A DNA stretch of 64,000 nucleotides from Thecamonas trahens ATCC 50062 (lineage: Eukaryota; Protista; Apusomonadida): positions 372,001 through 436,000 of the forward strand of contig NW_013657662.1 of assembly GCF_000142905.1 (NCBI RefSeq), written 5' to 3'. Positions 1 to 10,492 of the stretch are shown piece by piece (positions within the stretch are counted from its first letter, which is position 1; each line of letters opens with the position of its first letter). Under the pieces are notes generated by a model that saw only the letters and a list, made by a program, of their open reading frames with translations, did no database searches and was not told where the DNA came from. The translations under genes and the position numbers were made by a program.

Positions 1-40
1 CGACAGCACGCCACACATCACCCTTGCTCTGTCGGCAGCC

Positions 41-1483
41 ATGTCCAGCCTGCTCTCGGCAGTCATTGAGACGGTAGGTGAGGGCTTTGGAAACCCAGAC
101 CTGGACCCGGCGCTGCTGCCGCCGCTCGAGCTGGAGGTGGGCAAGGTGCTGGAGTGGCTCAAGTCGCGGGAGCTAGTGCGTGACCAGTGGCGGCAGGTGG
201 CGGATATTGTGGCGGGGAAGAAGGACGCTGCGCTGGCTGCCCTCCCCGAGTCGGCCGCCACCTCGGCTACTATCAATGCGCTTGTTGACTATCCTGGTTA
301 TCTCTCGCTGTGGCGCTGTCAGGAGATGCTTTCCGCTATGAAAGAGGCCGAGGTCGAGACGCGCAACTTCCTGGGCTCCTACGGATCCGATGCCGTGTCT
401 GCCTGGCAGGACATTGTCAATCAGTATCTGGACGGCCGGGTCTATCTTGCTCGTGCAGTTCGCGCGCTAGTGGATGGCGTTCGCTACGAGCTGCCATCGC
501 TTCTGCGGTCGCTGGCCTCGGCCGATGCATCGGTCGCTCGCTTGGCCCGGGTTGAGTCGACCGCCGCTGCCGACATTGCTCGGTTTCGCAAGGAATATGT
601 CGAGATGGGCTCGCGATTCGGGCTGACGCTCAACGTGTCTGACGGTGGCGTTGGGCGCGATGCAAGTGTCGAGCGTGATGCTCTCTCCGCTTTGGCAGCA
701 AAGGTGCCGGCTGTGCTTGAGCAAGCGCTGCTGTCTGCGCTGGACGAGCGCACCCGAGTGGCGGCAGCGTCTGCAATGGCCCGCTACGGCCATCCACTCC
801 CAGTGCTCAGCTGGTTTTGCGAGCGTGTGGAGGACAGACTGATGAGCGTATCAAGTGAGCGGCTCGGGGCTCTTGCGAGCGCGATCGGGCTCGAGGTCGG
901 GGCGCTGGGCGAGTCTTCGAGCATTGGTGTGCTGTTGCGCCAGCTGCAGGTCCGCTCCGCGCTGCTCGCAGAGTTAGATGAGGTCCACGGATTTCTCGAC
1001 GAGCTGATGGGCCAGGTTCAGGAAGTCAAGGCATCCGACGACCGCGTTGCTTCCAGCATCCTCCTCTCGCAACGCCTCAACAGCGTTTCGCTCGACGAGG
1101 TGGCGGAGGAGCGCGATGCACTTGCGGTGGCGAGCCGGGCGTTTGAGGCAAAGGAGATCAAGGAGCTGCTTTTAATCGACGGCTCGCCACGATATGTGGC
1201 GCGGATCGCCGCCGAGCTGCATTCAAAGCTCTACAAGGCAGCGCAGCTAGAGGCCGAGGTGGCGACGTTTGGCGAGCAGCGAAGCGGGTTTGCGGCGTCC
1301 AAGGCCAAGACGACGGCGCTCATCAAGGCATGTGCGTGCGAGATTCGCGAGCTCAAGAACCACATCGAGGCGGACATTTCGAGCGAGTTTAACGGGCGGA
1401 TTGTCCGCATCACCGGCGTCGACCGGCTCCTTGCCCAGGCCGCGGCCGTCACGGAGTCGAGCGGGAATGCGGGGCAAAGCTAA
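41..1483 (+). CDS. CDK5RAP3: CDK5 regulatory subunit-associated protein 3 (C53, DUF773)
   Basis: 480-aa ORF. Motifs ETRNFLGSYGS..WQDIVNQY...VYLA..A..LVDGVRYELPSL and C-terminal IEADISSEFNGRIVRITG resemble C53. Confidence 0.85.
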   Translation: MSSLLSAVIETVGEGFGNPDLDPALLPPLELEVGKVLEWLKSRELVRDQWRQVADIVAGKKDAALAALPESAATSATINALVDYPGYLSLWRCQEMLSAMKEAEVETRNFLGSYGSDAVSAWQDIVNQYLDGRVYLARAVRALVDGVRYELPSLLRSLASADASVARLARVESTAAADIARFRKEYVEMGSRFGLTLNVSDGGVGRDASVERDALSALAAKVPAVLEQALLSALDERTRVAAASAMARYGHPLPVLSWFCERVEDRLMSVSSERLGALASAIGLEVGALGESSSIGVLLRQLQVRSALLAELDEVHGFLDELMGQVQEVKASDDRVASSILLSQRLNSVSLDEVAEERDALAVASRAFEAKEIKELLLIDGSPRYVARIAAELHSKLYKAAQLEAEVATFGEQRSGFAASKAKTTALIKACACEIRELKNHIEADISSEFNGRIVRITGVDRLLAQAAAVTESSGNAGQS

Positions 1484-1509
1484 AACTACGTGCTGCCCGC
1501 TGAAGCCTA

Positions 1510-3405
1510 CTACGCAATGTTGAAGACGCGGACTGCACCTGCGGTAATGGACGAGACGCCCAGGCCAAGGAGCTTGTTGCGGAGATCCGTTGTGAGCGGA
1601 ATGCCGGAGACCTTGACAGGATCCTCGTGGGCGTTGGACTCCATAAGCGTGCGCATGGTAGAGATGAGCAAGTCGTCCTGGTCGGCTTCGAGGGTGAGAG
1701 CGGCGATTTCCTTGTTCTTTTTCTTGATTTGCTTGGTGTACTTCTTGAAGGCCGAGTCATTGTCCTTCTTGGCGTCGCGCTTGTCACGCGACTTTGTCAG
1801 GGCATCGCGCTTCTCGCGGAGCTTGACCTCGAGCTTGTCGCGGTGACCTTGGACTTGGAGGACTGAGTTGCGGAGAAGATCGTTGTCGCGAGCATTGTAC
1901 GAGGTGAGGATGATGCCGGCCTGGCCAACCGAGAGCAGGTAGGCGAGGAAGAAGATTGAGTCGACAAGAGTAAAGACGGCGAGCTCGTCGAGAGCAACCG
2001 AGATGACTACGACGCGGTAGAACATGATGAGGGCAAAGATGAGGAGATAGAAGAGCGCGATGAGGACTGTCGACTCGCGAATGGTGGCCATCTCGTCACT
2101 GCCCATGTCGCGGACTTGCTCGCGGAGCAGGATCCACACCTTGAGGTTGAACGGCTTGTCGAATTTGAGCTGGAACCGGCCGCCGAGATCCTTCTTGTCG
2201 GGCGGCTTGATAAAGGCCAGCCGGTAGTCGATGGCGTCGCGGAAGAGCGGGACCGAGCCGTCGGCAAGGCCGTGGTAGAACGAGTACTTGCGAGTCCGCT
2301 CCCAGAACTCGGCCGCAGAGAGAATGACCGCAAAGACAAAGCCGGTGCCAATGATGACCATGCAGTAGATCGAGACCAAGAGGACAATGCGATCCTGAAT
2401 CACCGTCGAGCCGACAGAGCCGTAAAAGTCGCGGCCGTCGTCGTTGACGGCGCGGAAGATGGGGCCGACAAAGGCGTGGGCGACGGCGACGACAAACGAA
2501 AAGGTAGCAGTGGCAAAGATAAAGGTCGACGAGGTGAGGACCTCGGTCTGGTCGTTCATGAAGAAAACGAGCTTGTTGGTCAGCTCCTGGTAGAGCACAT
2601 CGCGATGATTCTTGTCGAGCATGTACATCAGCTGGTCAGCAGAGCAAGCTGACGAGTCGCTGAGAAACGTGCCGGATGACGACGACGATGTCGACTCCTC
2701 ATCGCCGCGCTCAAACTCGCGGCGCCGGCGGCCGCGGACCCGCTCGTTGACGCCGCGGATGATGCCGAGGGTGACGGTGATGGTCAAGTAGAGGACGAGT
2801 GGCATGAACGTTTCGGTTTTCGAGACCGAGACGTCAGTGGTGATGGCGAGAACGACGTTGGTGAAGGCGCCGACGGGGACGGCGGTGAAGAGCAGGACAA
2901 AGATGTACGACTTGAGCGGGTCGCTGTACCCGGAGCGGTTAAAGATGCGGCACGGGAGATAGACGAGGAGACCAGCGAGGATGAGCGGCGAGAAGACGAG
3001 GAAGACAAGCGAGAGGAAGACCATCCACAGGCCCTGGGCCACGTACGACGAGCGAATGGCGCGGATAAGCGAGAACTTGCGGGCGCCCTCGTCGTTGAGC
3101 CGCTTGTACGCCGAGAGGGTGAGGACCTCGAGGAGGCGGGCTTGAATAACGGGGTCGTTCCGGATCTTGGCCACGTCGGTGCCATCCTGCAGCCGATCGG
3201 CGTAGTTGATGTCGCCACCAGCGTCGTAGTTGAGCCGCGACGCAGCGACCGAGCCGACCGAGTGCTGCGGCGCGTCACCGATGACGGTATCGTCCGACAT
3301 CATGGCAAAGGTCAGATCGGACGCTGTGGTATCAAGATCGAGATCGAGATCGAGATCAAGGTCGTCATAGTCTGTCGTCGCGCCAGACGACTCGGCGTCG
3401 GACAT
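1510..3405 (-). CDS. PHTF-like multi-pass membrane protein
   Basis: Several TM segments. The C-terminal half (FDKPFNLKVWILLREQV...EDPVKVSGIPLT) resembles the PHTF1/2 C-terminus. First ATG is at 3405. Confidence 0.6.
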   Translation of the reverse strand: MSDAESSGATTDYDDLDLDLDLDLDTTASDLTFAMMSDDTVIGDAPQHSVGSVAASRLNYDAGGDINYADRLQDGTDVAKIRNDPVIQARLLEVLTLSAYKRLNDEGARKFSLIRAIRSSYVAQGLWMVFLSLVFLVFSPLILAGLLVYLPCRIFNRSGYSDPLKSYIFVLLFTAVPVGAFTNVVLAITTDVSVSKTETFMPLVLYLTITVTLGIIRGVNERVRGRRRREFERGDEESTSSSSSGTFLSDSSACSADQLMYMLDKNHRDVLYQELTNKLVFFMNDQTEVLTSSTFIFATATFSFVVAVAHAFVGPIFRAVNDDGRDFYGSVGSTVIQDRIVLLVSIYCMVIIGTGFVFAVILSAAEFWERTRKYSFYHGLADGSVPLFRDAIDYRLAFIKPPDKKDLGGRFQLKFDKPFNLKVWILLREQVRDMGSDEMATIRESTVLIALFYLLIFALIMFYRVVVISVALDELAVFTLVDSIFFLAYLLSVGQAGIILTSYNARDNDLLRNSVLQVQGHRDKLEVKLREKRDALTKSRDKRDAKKDNDSAFKKYTKQIKKKNKEIAALTLEADQDDLLISTMRTLMESNAHEDPVKVSGIPLTTDLRNKLLGLGVSSITAGAVRVFNIA

Positions 3406-3997
3406 GGTAGGGGAGGAGGAGGCAGCGAGGTGAAGCACTGGTCAGCTGCGAGCGCAGAGCAGAAAGTGCCAAGCGAACAATGCGGTGGCGAAAGGCAACA
3501 GAGGCGGACGTCTCACGAGACTGCAGGGAAGGACCGAGTGCCAGTGATACTGGCTGACGAGGCAAGTGTGGAAGAGGCAAGTCGGCAGCCGCGGACAGAG
3601 GCTGCACCGTCTGGTTTTGGTCTCGAGTCAGCGTGGGTCTTGGTCGGTTCGGCCGGCCGTTTGTGCGTTGCTTCGACTCCGTTGCTGGTGATGGTCTCCG
3701 GCCTGCTTTCTTTGCCGCTCAACGGCATGCCCGCTAGCAAGGCCAATTGCGACCATCGCGCGCAGGCTTCACCTTCCGTCGACAACGACATAGCATAGAA
3801 GGCTTCCATTGCCTGACAGCTCGTTGGGCATGACCGGTGTCGCCGTGGGCGTGCCACCGAGGCCGATGTGACATCATCGCATGCGACGGAAGGCTGGTTG
3901 TCTGCTCGGTGCGGTCATTGGTGGCTGTTTGTTATTCGCCTTGGCCAAGAGAGACACTCCACTTCCCTCCCTTTTATCTAACTCCCATCTAACAGCC

Positions 3998-5107
3998 ATG
4001 TGCGACGTCAGCAACCCCGCGATCTCTGCTGCTGTGGATGATGTCAAGTCGGACGGCTCGGCCACCAACTGGTACGTGGGTGTGGTGGGCAGGAGGGCCC
4101 GTGGTCGGGGCTGTGTGCCGCTGCTGTGGCATGCCTGAGCAGTTTTTGCCATTTCTTGCGAATTGGCCCCGCACGGCGGCATGCGGGAGGAAGGGGATGT
4201 CCATTGGGGGCGGTAGGAGGCTAGGAGCGGAGGACAAACTCACCAAGAGGTGTGTGTGGAGGGAAATAGGCTTGCGCTCGGCTACGAGTCCAAGAAGAAG
4301 CTGCAGGTTGACGCCACCGGCGAGGGCGGGTACGACGAGCTCATGGCCTTCCTCACCGACGACAAGATCACGTACGCCCTGCTGCGGCTGACCGACGGCG
4401 ACCAGGAGTCGCAGCGGATCAAGTTTGTGGCCATCACTTGGGTCGGCCAGAACGTTGGTGGCATGGCCCGCGGTCGGGTCACCGTCCACAAGCCCTCGGT
4501 CACCGAGGCCTTTGGCCAGTTCCACATCGAGCTCCGCGCTGAGGAGAAGAACGAGTGCTCGGAGAAGATCATCCGCGCCAAGCTCAAGAAGGCCGGCGGC
4601 GCCGACTACGACACCGGCTCCAACAAGGGCGGCTACAAGTCGTCGGGAGGCTCGATCAAGAAGCGTGCGCTTGAGAACTACTCCAAGAAAGAGGCCGAGG
4701 GCAACATCGGCCCGGTTGTCTACGAGACCAAGGCCCTGCCCAAGACCACTCCTGTCGATCTCTCCGGCCGCCCCATGGTTGCCCCGCCTTCCGAGGCCCG
4801 CAAGAACACCAAGGACACAATCCTTGACCGCTCCAAGTTTGAGGGCCAGGCCGATCTGGGGACGACGACGACGACGACGACGACGACGTCCGCTGCTGCC
4901 GCCCCCGAGCCGCAGCCGGAGGCCGAGGCCGAGCCAGAGGCTGAGGTTGAGGCCGAGGTTGAGGCCGAGGCTGAGGCCGAGGCTGAGGCCGAGGCTGAGG
5001 CCGAGGTTGAGGTTGAGGCTGAGGCTGAGGTCGAGGCTGAGGCCGAGGTTGAGGCTGACGCTGAGGCCGCCGATGGTGAGGAGAATGCCGAGGAGGCAGA
5101 CGAGTAG
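3998..5107 (+). CDS. Coactosin-like ADF-H protein with acidic EA-repeat tail; exons 3998-4071 and 4270-5107
   Basis: Splicing GTACGT(4072)..ATAG(4269) restores NWLALGYE. GDQESQRIKFVAITWVG and KLKKAGGADYD are coactosin motifs. Confidence 0.85.
4919..5066 (+). repeat. Coding hexamer repeat (GAGGCY/GAGGTT)n encoding EA/EV
   Basis: Visible tandem repeat in the coactosin tail. Confidence 0.85.
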
Positions 5108-5170
5108 TTTGCTTCGCCTTGATGCTCCTGGCCCGGCGATGCTTTACATAAAGTAAGCAGGTGTTAGGAA

Positions 5171-6663
5171 CTACGCATGCTGGTCGTACTGCGAAGTGAA
5201 GGCGCGATTGACCTGCTTCATGTGTGCACGGGCGACGCGGGCCGAGGGGAACAGCTGGGTGAGCTCAACGTAGGTGTCGCGGATGGTGGTTTTGGAAACA
5301 CCAGCAAGGCCATGCTTGAGGGCAACAAGCGCGGCAAGCGCGGCGGCAGCAGATCGGTCGTGGCCGTCTGGGCAGTGGAAGAGGAGGCGGAGCGGAGGAT
5401 CGTGGGCGGTGGCAGCAGCAAGCGAGTCGAGCAGTCGCGGGATGGCGCGCTCGAGAGCGTAGCGGTGCTTCTTGCCCACAGGCACGTTCAGGAAGAGCCA
5501 CCCCGGCGGCGGATGCCCATCGCAGTCAGGATTTGCAAACTGTAGTTCACCAGGCGCGAGCTCGTCCGATACATTGACGACGAGCAAGCCTGGGGTCTCA
5601 GCCTCGAGAGCAGGCCAGAGCTCCTGTGGCAAATCCGAGGTGCGTGCGATATGCATGGCGGCCGCAGTCAGCGGCGAGGCGGTCGGCTCGATCTTAAAAA
5701 CGGCAAGCCGTCCAAGTCTGCACACGACGCCGGCGTGTCAAGGGCGAGGTCGAGAGCGTGTGTGGGGCGCGTCCACGGAGCCGCAAAGAGGGTAGCGATC
5801 TCGTCGAGCGAGCGGGCATTAGGGAGGGCTGGGAGCCGGGCATGGAACGACTCGGCGTTGAGTCCGGGCGGGGCCCAGAGCTCTTCGTCGTCGGCGGCAC
5901 CTTGGATAAAAGTGTAGGTGGTGGAGAACGAGAGCGAGCTCGGCGTCAGCGCCGTAGCCCGCAACTCTTCGCGGGGCGCAGAGGCCGAGACGCAGATGAT
6001 GGGGATGAACGGGAGGGTGGCTGGATGGGTGAGAGCGGGCCACTCGGAGAGGTTGCGGTGTGTCTGAGCAACCCAAAGAACTCGCAGCGGCTTGTGCGCG
6101 AGGGCGGTTGTGAGTTGCGAGAGGTCGGCGGCGGCGGCAAGGGCATCGGCGGCCGGCGCGACACAGGCGGCCATGTCGTGGGCCTCGGATGCCGGAATAG
6201 CTGGCGGCGTGTGGAGAGCGGCGTGGGAGTTGGCGGCAGGATCCCAGCCGGCGGCGCGATTGAGGACGGCGGCCCAGAGCGGGACGGTTTTGGAGAGAGC
6301 GTCAGGTAGTGGCTTGCCGCGGCGTGTGGCGTCGACGATGAGGGCAGCGCCGGCGGCAGCGGCCTCGATGGCGACGTGGGCATTGAGCCTCCGGAGTGAG
6401 AAGGCCCACTGGCCAGTGTGGCCGTCGGTTGACTTGAAGTAGCATGTCGGCGCGCCCTGCGGCGCGTACCAGGCGCCGCAGCGGAGGTTGGCAAAGACCG
6501 GCGTGCCGTGTGGGGCGAGTTCTGCCACAGCGGCCACCCAGTCGGCGTCTGCGGCGATGGACAGGATGCGAGCAGCAAGCGAGTGGTCGGCCGAGTGGAG
6601 GCGGCGGAGGGTGGTGGAGAGCGAGGGTGTTGCAGCGGTAGCGGCGGGGGCGGAGGCGGCCAT
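5171..6663 (-). CDS. RIT1: Initiator tRNA phosphoribosyltransferase Rit1, with C-terminal DUSP-like domain in a second frame
   Basis: Motifs ANLRCGAWY, YFKSTDGHTGQWAFSLRRLN, IVDATRRGK..PDALSKTVPLW and IQGAADDEE. The C-terminal HCPDGHDRS domain lies in ORF 5171-5725, joined by a frameshift or a 59-nt intron near 5700-5777. Confidence 0.85.
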
Positions 6664-6811
6664 GACTCCTGTCGCCGGGAGAGTAGGTGGGAGAGGGGTG
6701 AGGGGACTCGGCTGGGGCTAGCGCACACGCCTCTCGCAGGACCTCGGACCAACGAGCCAGAGGGCGAGACACGACCAAGGAGTTGGCTGCAGACTGCATA
6801 GGCTGGCAGAG

Positions 6812-7090
6812 ATGGGCGAGAGCAGCGAGGTGGCGGCGTGCCTGGGGCAGCTCGAGAAGGTTCTCGAGTACCTGGCCGAGCCGGCCGACGCAGAAGCCGG
6901 CGCAAAGGTCATGGCCTTTCTCGCTGCGCATGGGCAGGCGGGCAAGACCGAGGTCGGAGGCGGGGGAGGGGCTAGCGGGAGTGTGGCGGGTGGAAAGCGC
7001 AAGGTCAAGGTCGAAGGCGGCGGAGCAAGCCGAGGCGGAGGCAGCAGCGAGGCGCCGTCGGCCAAGCGGGCCAAGCCGCTGGACGGGTGA
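6812..7090 (+). CDS. Small hypothetical protein with bipartite NLS-like motifs
   Basis: 92-aa ATG ORF between two opposite-strand genes; KRKVK...KRAK. Confidence 0.35.
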   Translation: MGESSEVAACLGQLEKVLEYLAEPADAEAGAKVMAFLAAHGQAGKTEVGGGGGASGSVAGGKRKVKVEGGGASRGGGSSEAPSAKRAKPLDG

Positions 7091-7155
7091 TCATGGTTAT
7101 TAACTTTAGAGGCCAAAGGCTCGACATCCATTGGGGTGGGAAAAGAGGGCAGGCA

Positions 7156-9231
7156 CTAGCGGAAGCCCTCCATAAGAGCGGCATCTTCGCGCTTTCCGGC
7201 TGGGCCGGATGCGGCGGCGGCGTCGAGGTCATCGTAGCCGCCCGAGGGCACGCCCGAGCCGCAAGCTGGGCGGAAGGCAAGGTAGGCAGCGAGGGCGAGG
7301 CTGAGGATGCCGAGGGTGAGGCCGATACCAAATCCGACCTTTGCTCCGATGAGGGCGGCACGGATGGTGCGCTTGAACGAGTCTGCGTCCGAGTCGGAGA
7401 TGATACCGTCGCGGTGGATGGCGAGGAGTGGCCAAACGCCCGAGGCGGCGTGCGGGAAGAAGACCTGTGTCAGGTTCGAGTTGATGCGGGTGTTGATCTG
7501 AAGCTTGAGTGAGGCCCGGAAGGCGACGCCGGTCATGGGCTCGACGTCGAGAAAGGTTGAGTCGCGGCCGTAGTCGGGAGTGAGGCCGGCGGCGCGGGCC
7601 AGTTCGGGGTCGGCGTTGAGAAAGAATGGCTTTGAGATCTCAAGCGGGATGCCGTGGGAAATGGGCTCGATGTTGAAGAGACCGTAAACAGGCGAGACAT
7701 ACTGCTCGTTCGGTTGCAACTCTGCAGGATTGAGCCGGTACTCGAAGACCTCGATGCCCTTGACCTTGGTATCGCGGACGTGGAGGATCTGCAGCGGACG
7801 CTGGATCTCCGAGACAAAGACCTCAAGCGGCTGCGGTGGTCGGATGTCGGGACCGAACGAGTGGCCGTTGGTCCCGCGGACCGGGCCAGGCGGGGTGTAT
7901 GCAGAAACCTCGGTGAGACCGTTCCACTGCAGGTAGGTGTTGAGCGCAGCGAGGTTGCCCTTGCCGGTGGCGGTGATGGTGTCGCGCTTGGTGGCGCGGG
8001 TGATGTTGGCCGATGTGTCGTTGAACTGGAGATGGGCGAGGTGGGCGATAGACGGGTCGAGAGCAGCAAGGAGCGGGTCCTCGTACTGCCACAGCCACTG
8101 CTCGACGGTGTGGGTGACGATGAGGCCGGTGCCGCGGCCTCCCTGGAAGAAGACCTGCTCGGCAAAGTCGAGGCCGCGAACGAGAATGAGGTGCTCAAAG
8201 TAGGCGGCGAGGGTGAGGACATTGTCCGGGGTGCCGAGCTCGGGCCACTTGGCGAGGATGGAGCCGATGTCCTGGCGGGCGAGGAGGCCAAGGAAGGTGG
8301 TCACAGCGGTTTCGTCTGAGATGAGGCCCGAGGCGCCAAAGAGGAGCGAATGGGTGGCGGCGAGGTCGAGCGAGATGTTGCGGACAGGCGGGGCGCGGAG
8401 CTCGAGAGAGGGCAGCGATGGGAGGTTGGCGCCGGTGATGCCGAGCGAGCCCCACTGGATCATGGCGGCGGTGGTGTTGTCCGCGTTGCCGAGGTGGCCG
8501 CCGATCTCGGAGAGTGTGATCGAAAGGAGGGTGGGCAGGAAGCCGTAGAGGAGGTTCTTCTCAGAACCGGCCTTGTTGACTGCGGCCTGGTAGAAGGGAA
8601 AGTAGTTGGTGAGGAGAACCTTGTCGAGCTGATCGTAGATGGACTGTTCCGGCACAAACGAGTACTGCGACATCTCCTTGAACGAGACCCGAGCGCCGCC
8701 ATCGAGGAACTTGGGGTCAAGCTTGACTGTGTTGCGGCGGTAGACAAACGGGCCGACGGGCTCAAAGACCGGCGCCGCGCCGGCCAGTACGTCGGGTGCG
8801 TTCGTCAGGTTGAAGAAGGTGTACGACTGGAGCTCCGAGTTGCCCGAGTGGTAGGACGAGACCCAGTTGTCATAGCCAGACGAGTTGGGCGAGTCGATGA
8901 CCACCGCATCCTGTGTGACGAGGGTGGGTGGGTGGGGGAGGGGAGGGGGGAAGTACGTGAGTGTGAGTGTGGGTGGCGGGGAGAAGGGAGAGGGTGGTTT
9001 GGTGGTGGAGGTGGCGGCGGGAGCGAGTGAGTCACGCGGCACGTCGTCAGCATGGGCCGGAGGACTGGGGACAGGAGGCAAGCGGCAGTCACCGGGGGGA
9101 CTTACGTTGATCTTCTTCTGGACGAGGTAGGGGATGAGGAGGTAGACAGTGGTGGCAGCAGCAATGAGCAGGAGTCCGGCCACGCATGCGGTGATGCCGA
9201 CAGCCTTGCGGCGAGTCTGCAGAATGTGCAT
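7156..9231 (-). CDS. CD36/SCARB (LIMP-2-like) scavenger receptor; intron 8911-9105
   Basis: N- and C-terminal TM. Motifs FFNLTNAPDVLAGAAP..VGPFVYR, GTNGHSF, FLDVEPMTG..LQIN. GTAAGT..ACAG intron removes a Pro-rich in-frame insert. Confidence 0.9.
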   Translation of the reverse strand: MHILQTRRKAVGITACVAGLLLIAAATTVYLLIPYLVQKKINVSPPGDCRLPPVPSPPAHADDVPRDSLAPAATSTTKPPSPFSPPPTLTLTYFPPPLPHPPTLVTQDAVVIDSPNSSGYDNWVSSYHSGNSELQSYTFFNLTNAPDVLAGAAPVFEPVGPFVYRRNTVKLDPKFLDGGARVSFKEMSQYSFVPEQSIYDQLDKVLLTNYFPFYQAAVNKAGSEKNLLYGFLPTLLSITLSEIGGHLGNADNTTAAMIQWGSLGITGANLPSLPSLELRAPPVRNISLDLAATHSLLFGASGLISDETAVTTFLGLLARQDIGSILAKWPELGTPDNVLTLAAYFEHLILVRGLDFAEQVFFQGGRGTGLIVTHTVEQWLWQYEDPLLAALDPSIAHLAHLQFNDTSANITRATKRDTITATGKGNLAALNTYLQWNGLTEVSAYTPPGPVRGTNGHSFGPDIRPPQPLEVFVSEIQRPLQILHVRDTKVKGIEVFEYRLNPAELQPNEQYVSPVYGLFNIEPISHGIPLEISKPFFLNADPELARAAGLTPDYGRDSTFLDVEPMTGVAFRASLKLQINTRINSNLTQVFFPHAASGVWPLLAIHRDGIISDSDADSFKRTIRAALIGAKVGFGIGLTLGILSLALAAYLAFRPACGSGVPSGGYDDLDAAAASGPAGKREDAALMEGFR

Positions 9232-9401
9232 GTGTCCGAAGTGAGGTGCCGGCGAAAGCGGCCTGGCCGCGGGCCCACCGGGCGGGAGGGATTTCGGCTA
9301 GTGGCAGGGCGGAGTGATGCGTCCAGCACGCTGGAGGGGGGGGTGGGAGGGAGGGGCTGTATCGTCAGCTTTTATCGGTGTGCTGTCGCCAGGGTGAGGA
9401 T

Positions 9402-10225
9402 TTAGCGCTTCGAGTTGGCAAGGCCATCGGTAGTGGTGGCCCGGGCGTAGGCCCAGAGGAGGAAGGGGAAGACGAGGGTGGCAACAGCCGCACCCAGGAA
9501 CTTGCCAAAGACCTCGTAGTTGCCGCCGTGGATCTTGCGGAAGAGCTGGAGCGAGTTGACCGGGAGCTCGCCGAGCGCCGAGGTGACGGCGTACTTGACA
9601 TCGGCGCCACGGGTAGGGCGGTAAGAGAGGCGGGCGCCGCCGATGGGGATGACACCCTCAAACTTGGGCACGACCACGTAGGTATGGGTGAGGTTGGCGC
9701 CGGCGGGGAGGACGGGCCACGAGACAGACGGGAGGCCGACCTTGAGCTCGAACAGCTCGTCGTTGTGCTCGACATCGTCAAGCTTGATGTCGTACGCCGT
9801 GCTGCGGATGCGAGAAGCGAGAGTGTCGGGTGGCGGTGAGAGGGTGAGTGGGGGGGGGGGGGGGAGGGGGGTGGTGAGGGATGTGGGGGGATGGAAAGAC
9901 GGGAGCGCAGGGAGCGAGAGGCAGGGAAGACCAAGAGAGCTAAGCAGAGCAGAGCTGGGCAGTAGGTGTGGCGCAGGGGCGGTAGGGCGCGAGAACGGGC
10001 TTGGCCAGCAGCGGTGTGGGCAGACAAAAAAAGAGGGGGGAGGATCGGGCGGTCGGCGACGTACCTGGAGCCGACGTTGAAGACGGTAAACTGGATGGTC
10101 ATGTCGCGGTCCTTGACGACGGTGGAGGAGAGAATGTCCTTGCGGGCAAGGAGCTGAGCACCCTCGCCGGCAGCGAGAGCGCAGAGAGCGGCGAGCACCA
10201 CGAGGCCGACAACGACAAACTTCAT
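9402..10225 (-). CDS. SSR2: Translocon-associated protein beta (TRAP-beta); intron 9802-10064
   Basis: Signal peptide, then LLARKDIL...FTVFNVGS|STAYDIKLDD and PAGANLTHTYVVVP, with a C-terminal TM. Intron GTACGT..GCAG restores the frame. Confidence 0.9.
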
Positions 10226-10492
10226 GGTCGAGTGAGGCAGCGAGGTGTGGCCGGTCGTCGTCGGAGAGGGCGAGCTCGGGCAAGGTGGCCGGTCGCCAGT
10301 CTGGTGGCACCGGTTGACGAAATGCGTCTGCTGACCAGACTCGTGTCGGATTGCTGGATTATTGAAAGTTTATTTTGGCGATGGCTTGCGGCGGGCGGCG
10401 GACGGCCGTTGGCGACACGAGCACCGGCAGCGGGTTTGTGCTTCTGGCCTCGTAGCGGCACACCGCACTGACGACAGCGACAGAGACGAAGG

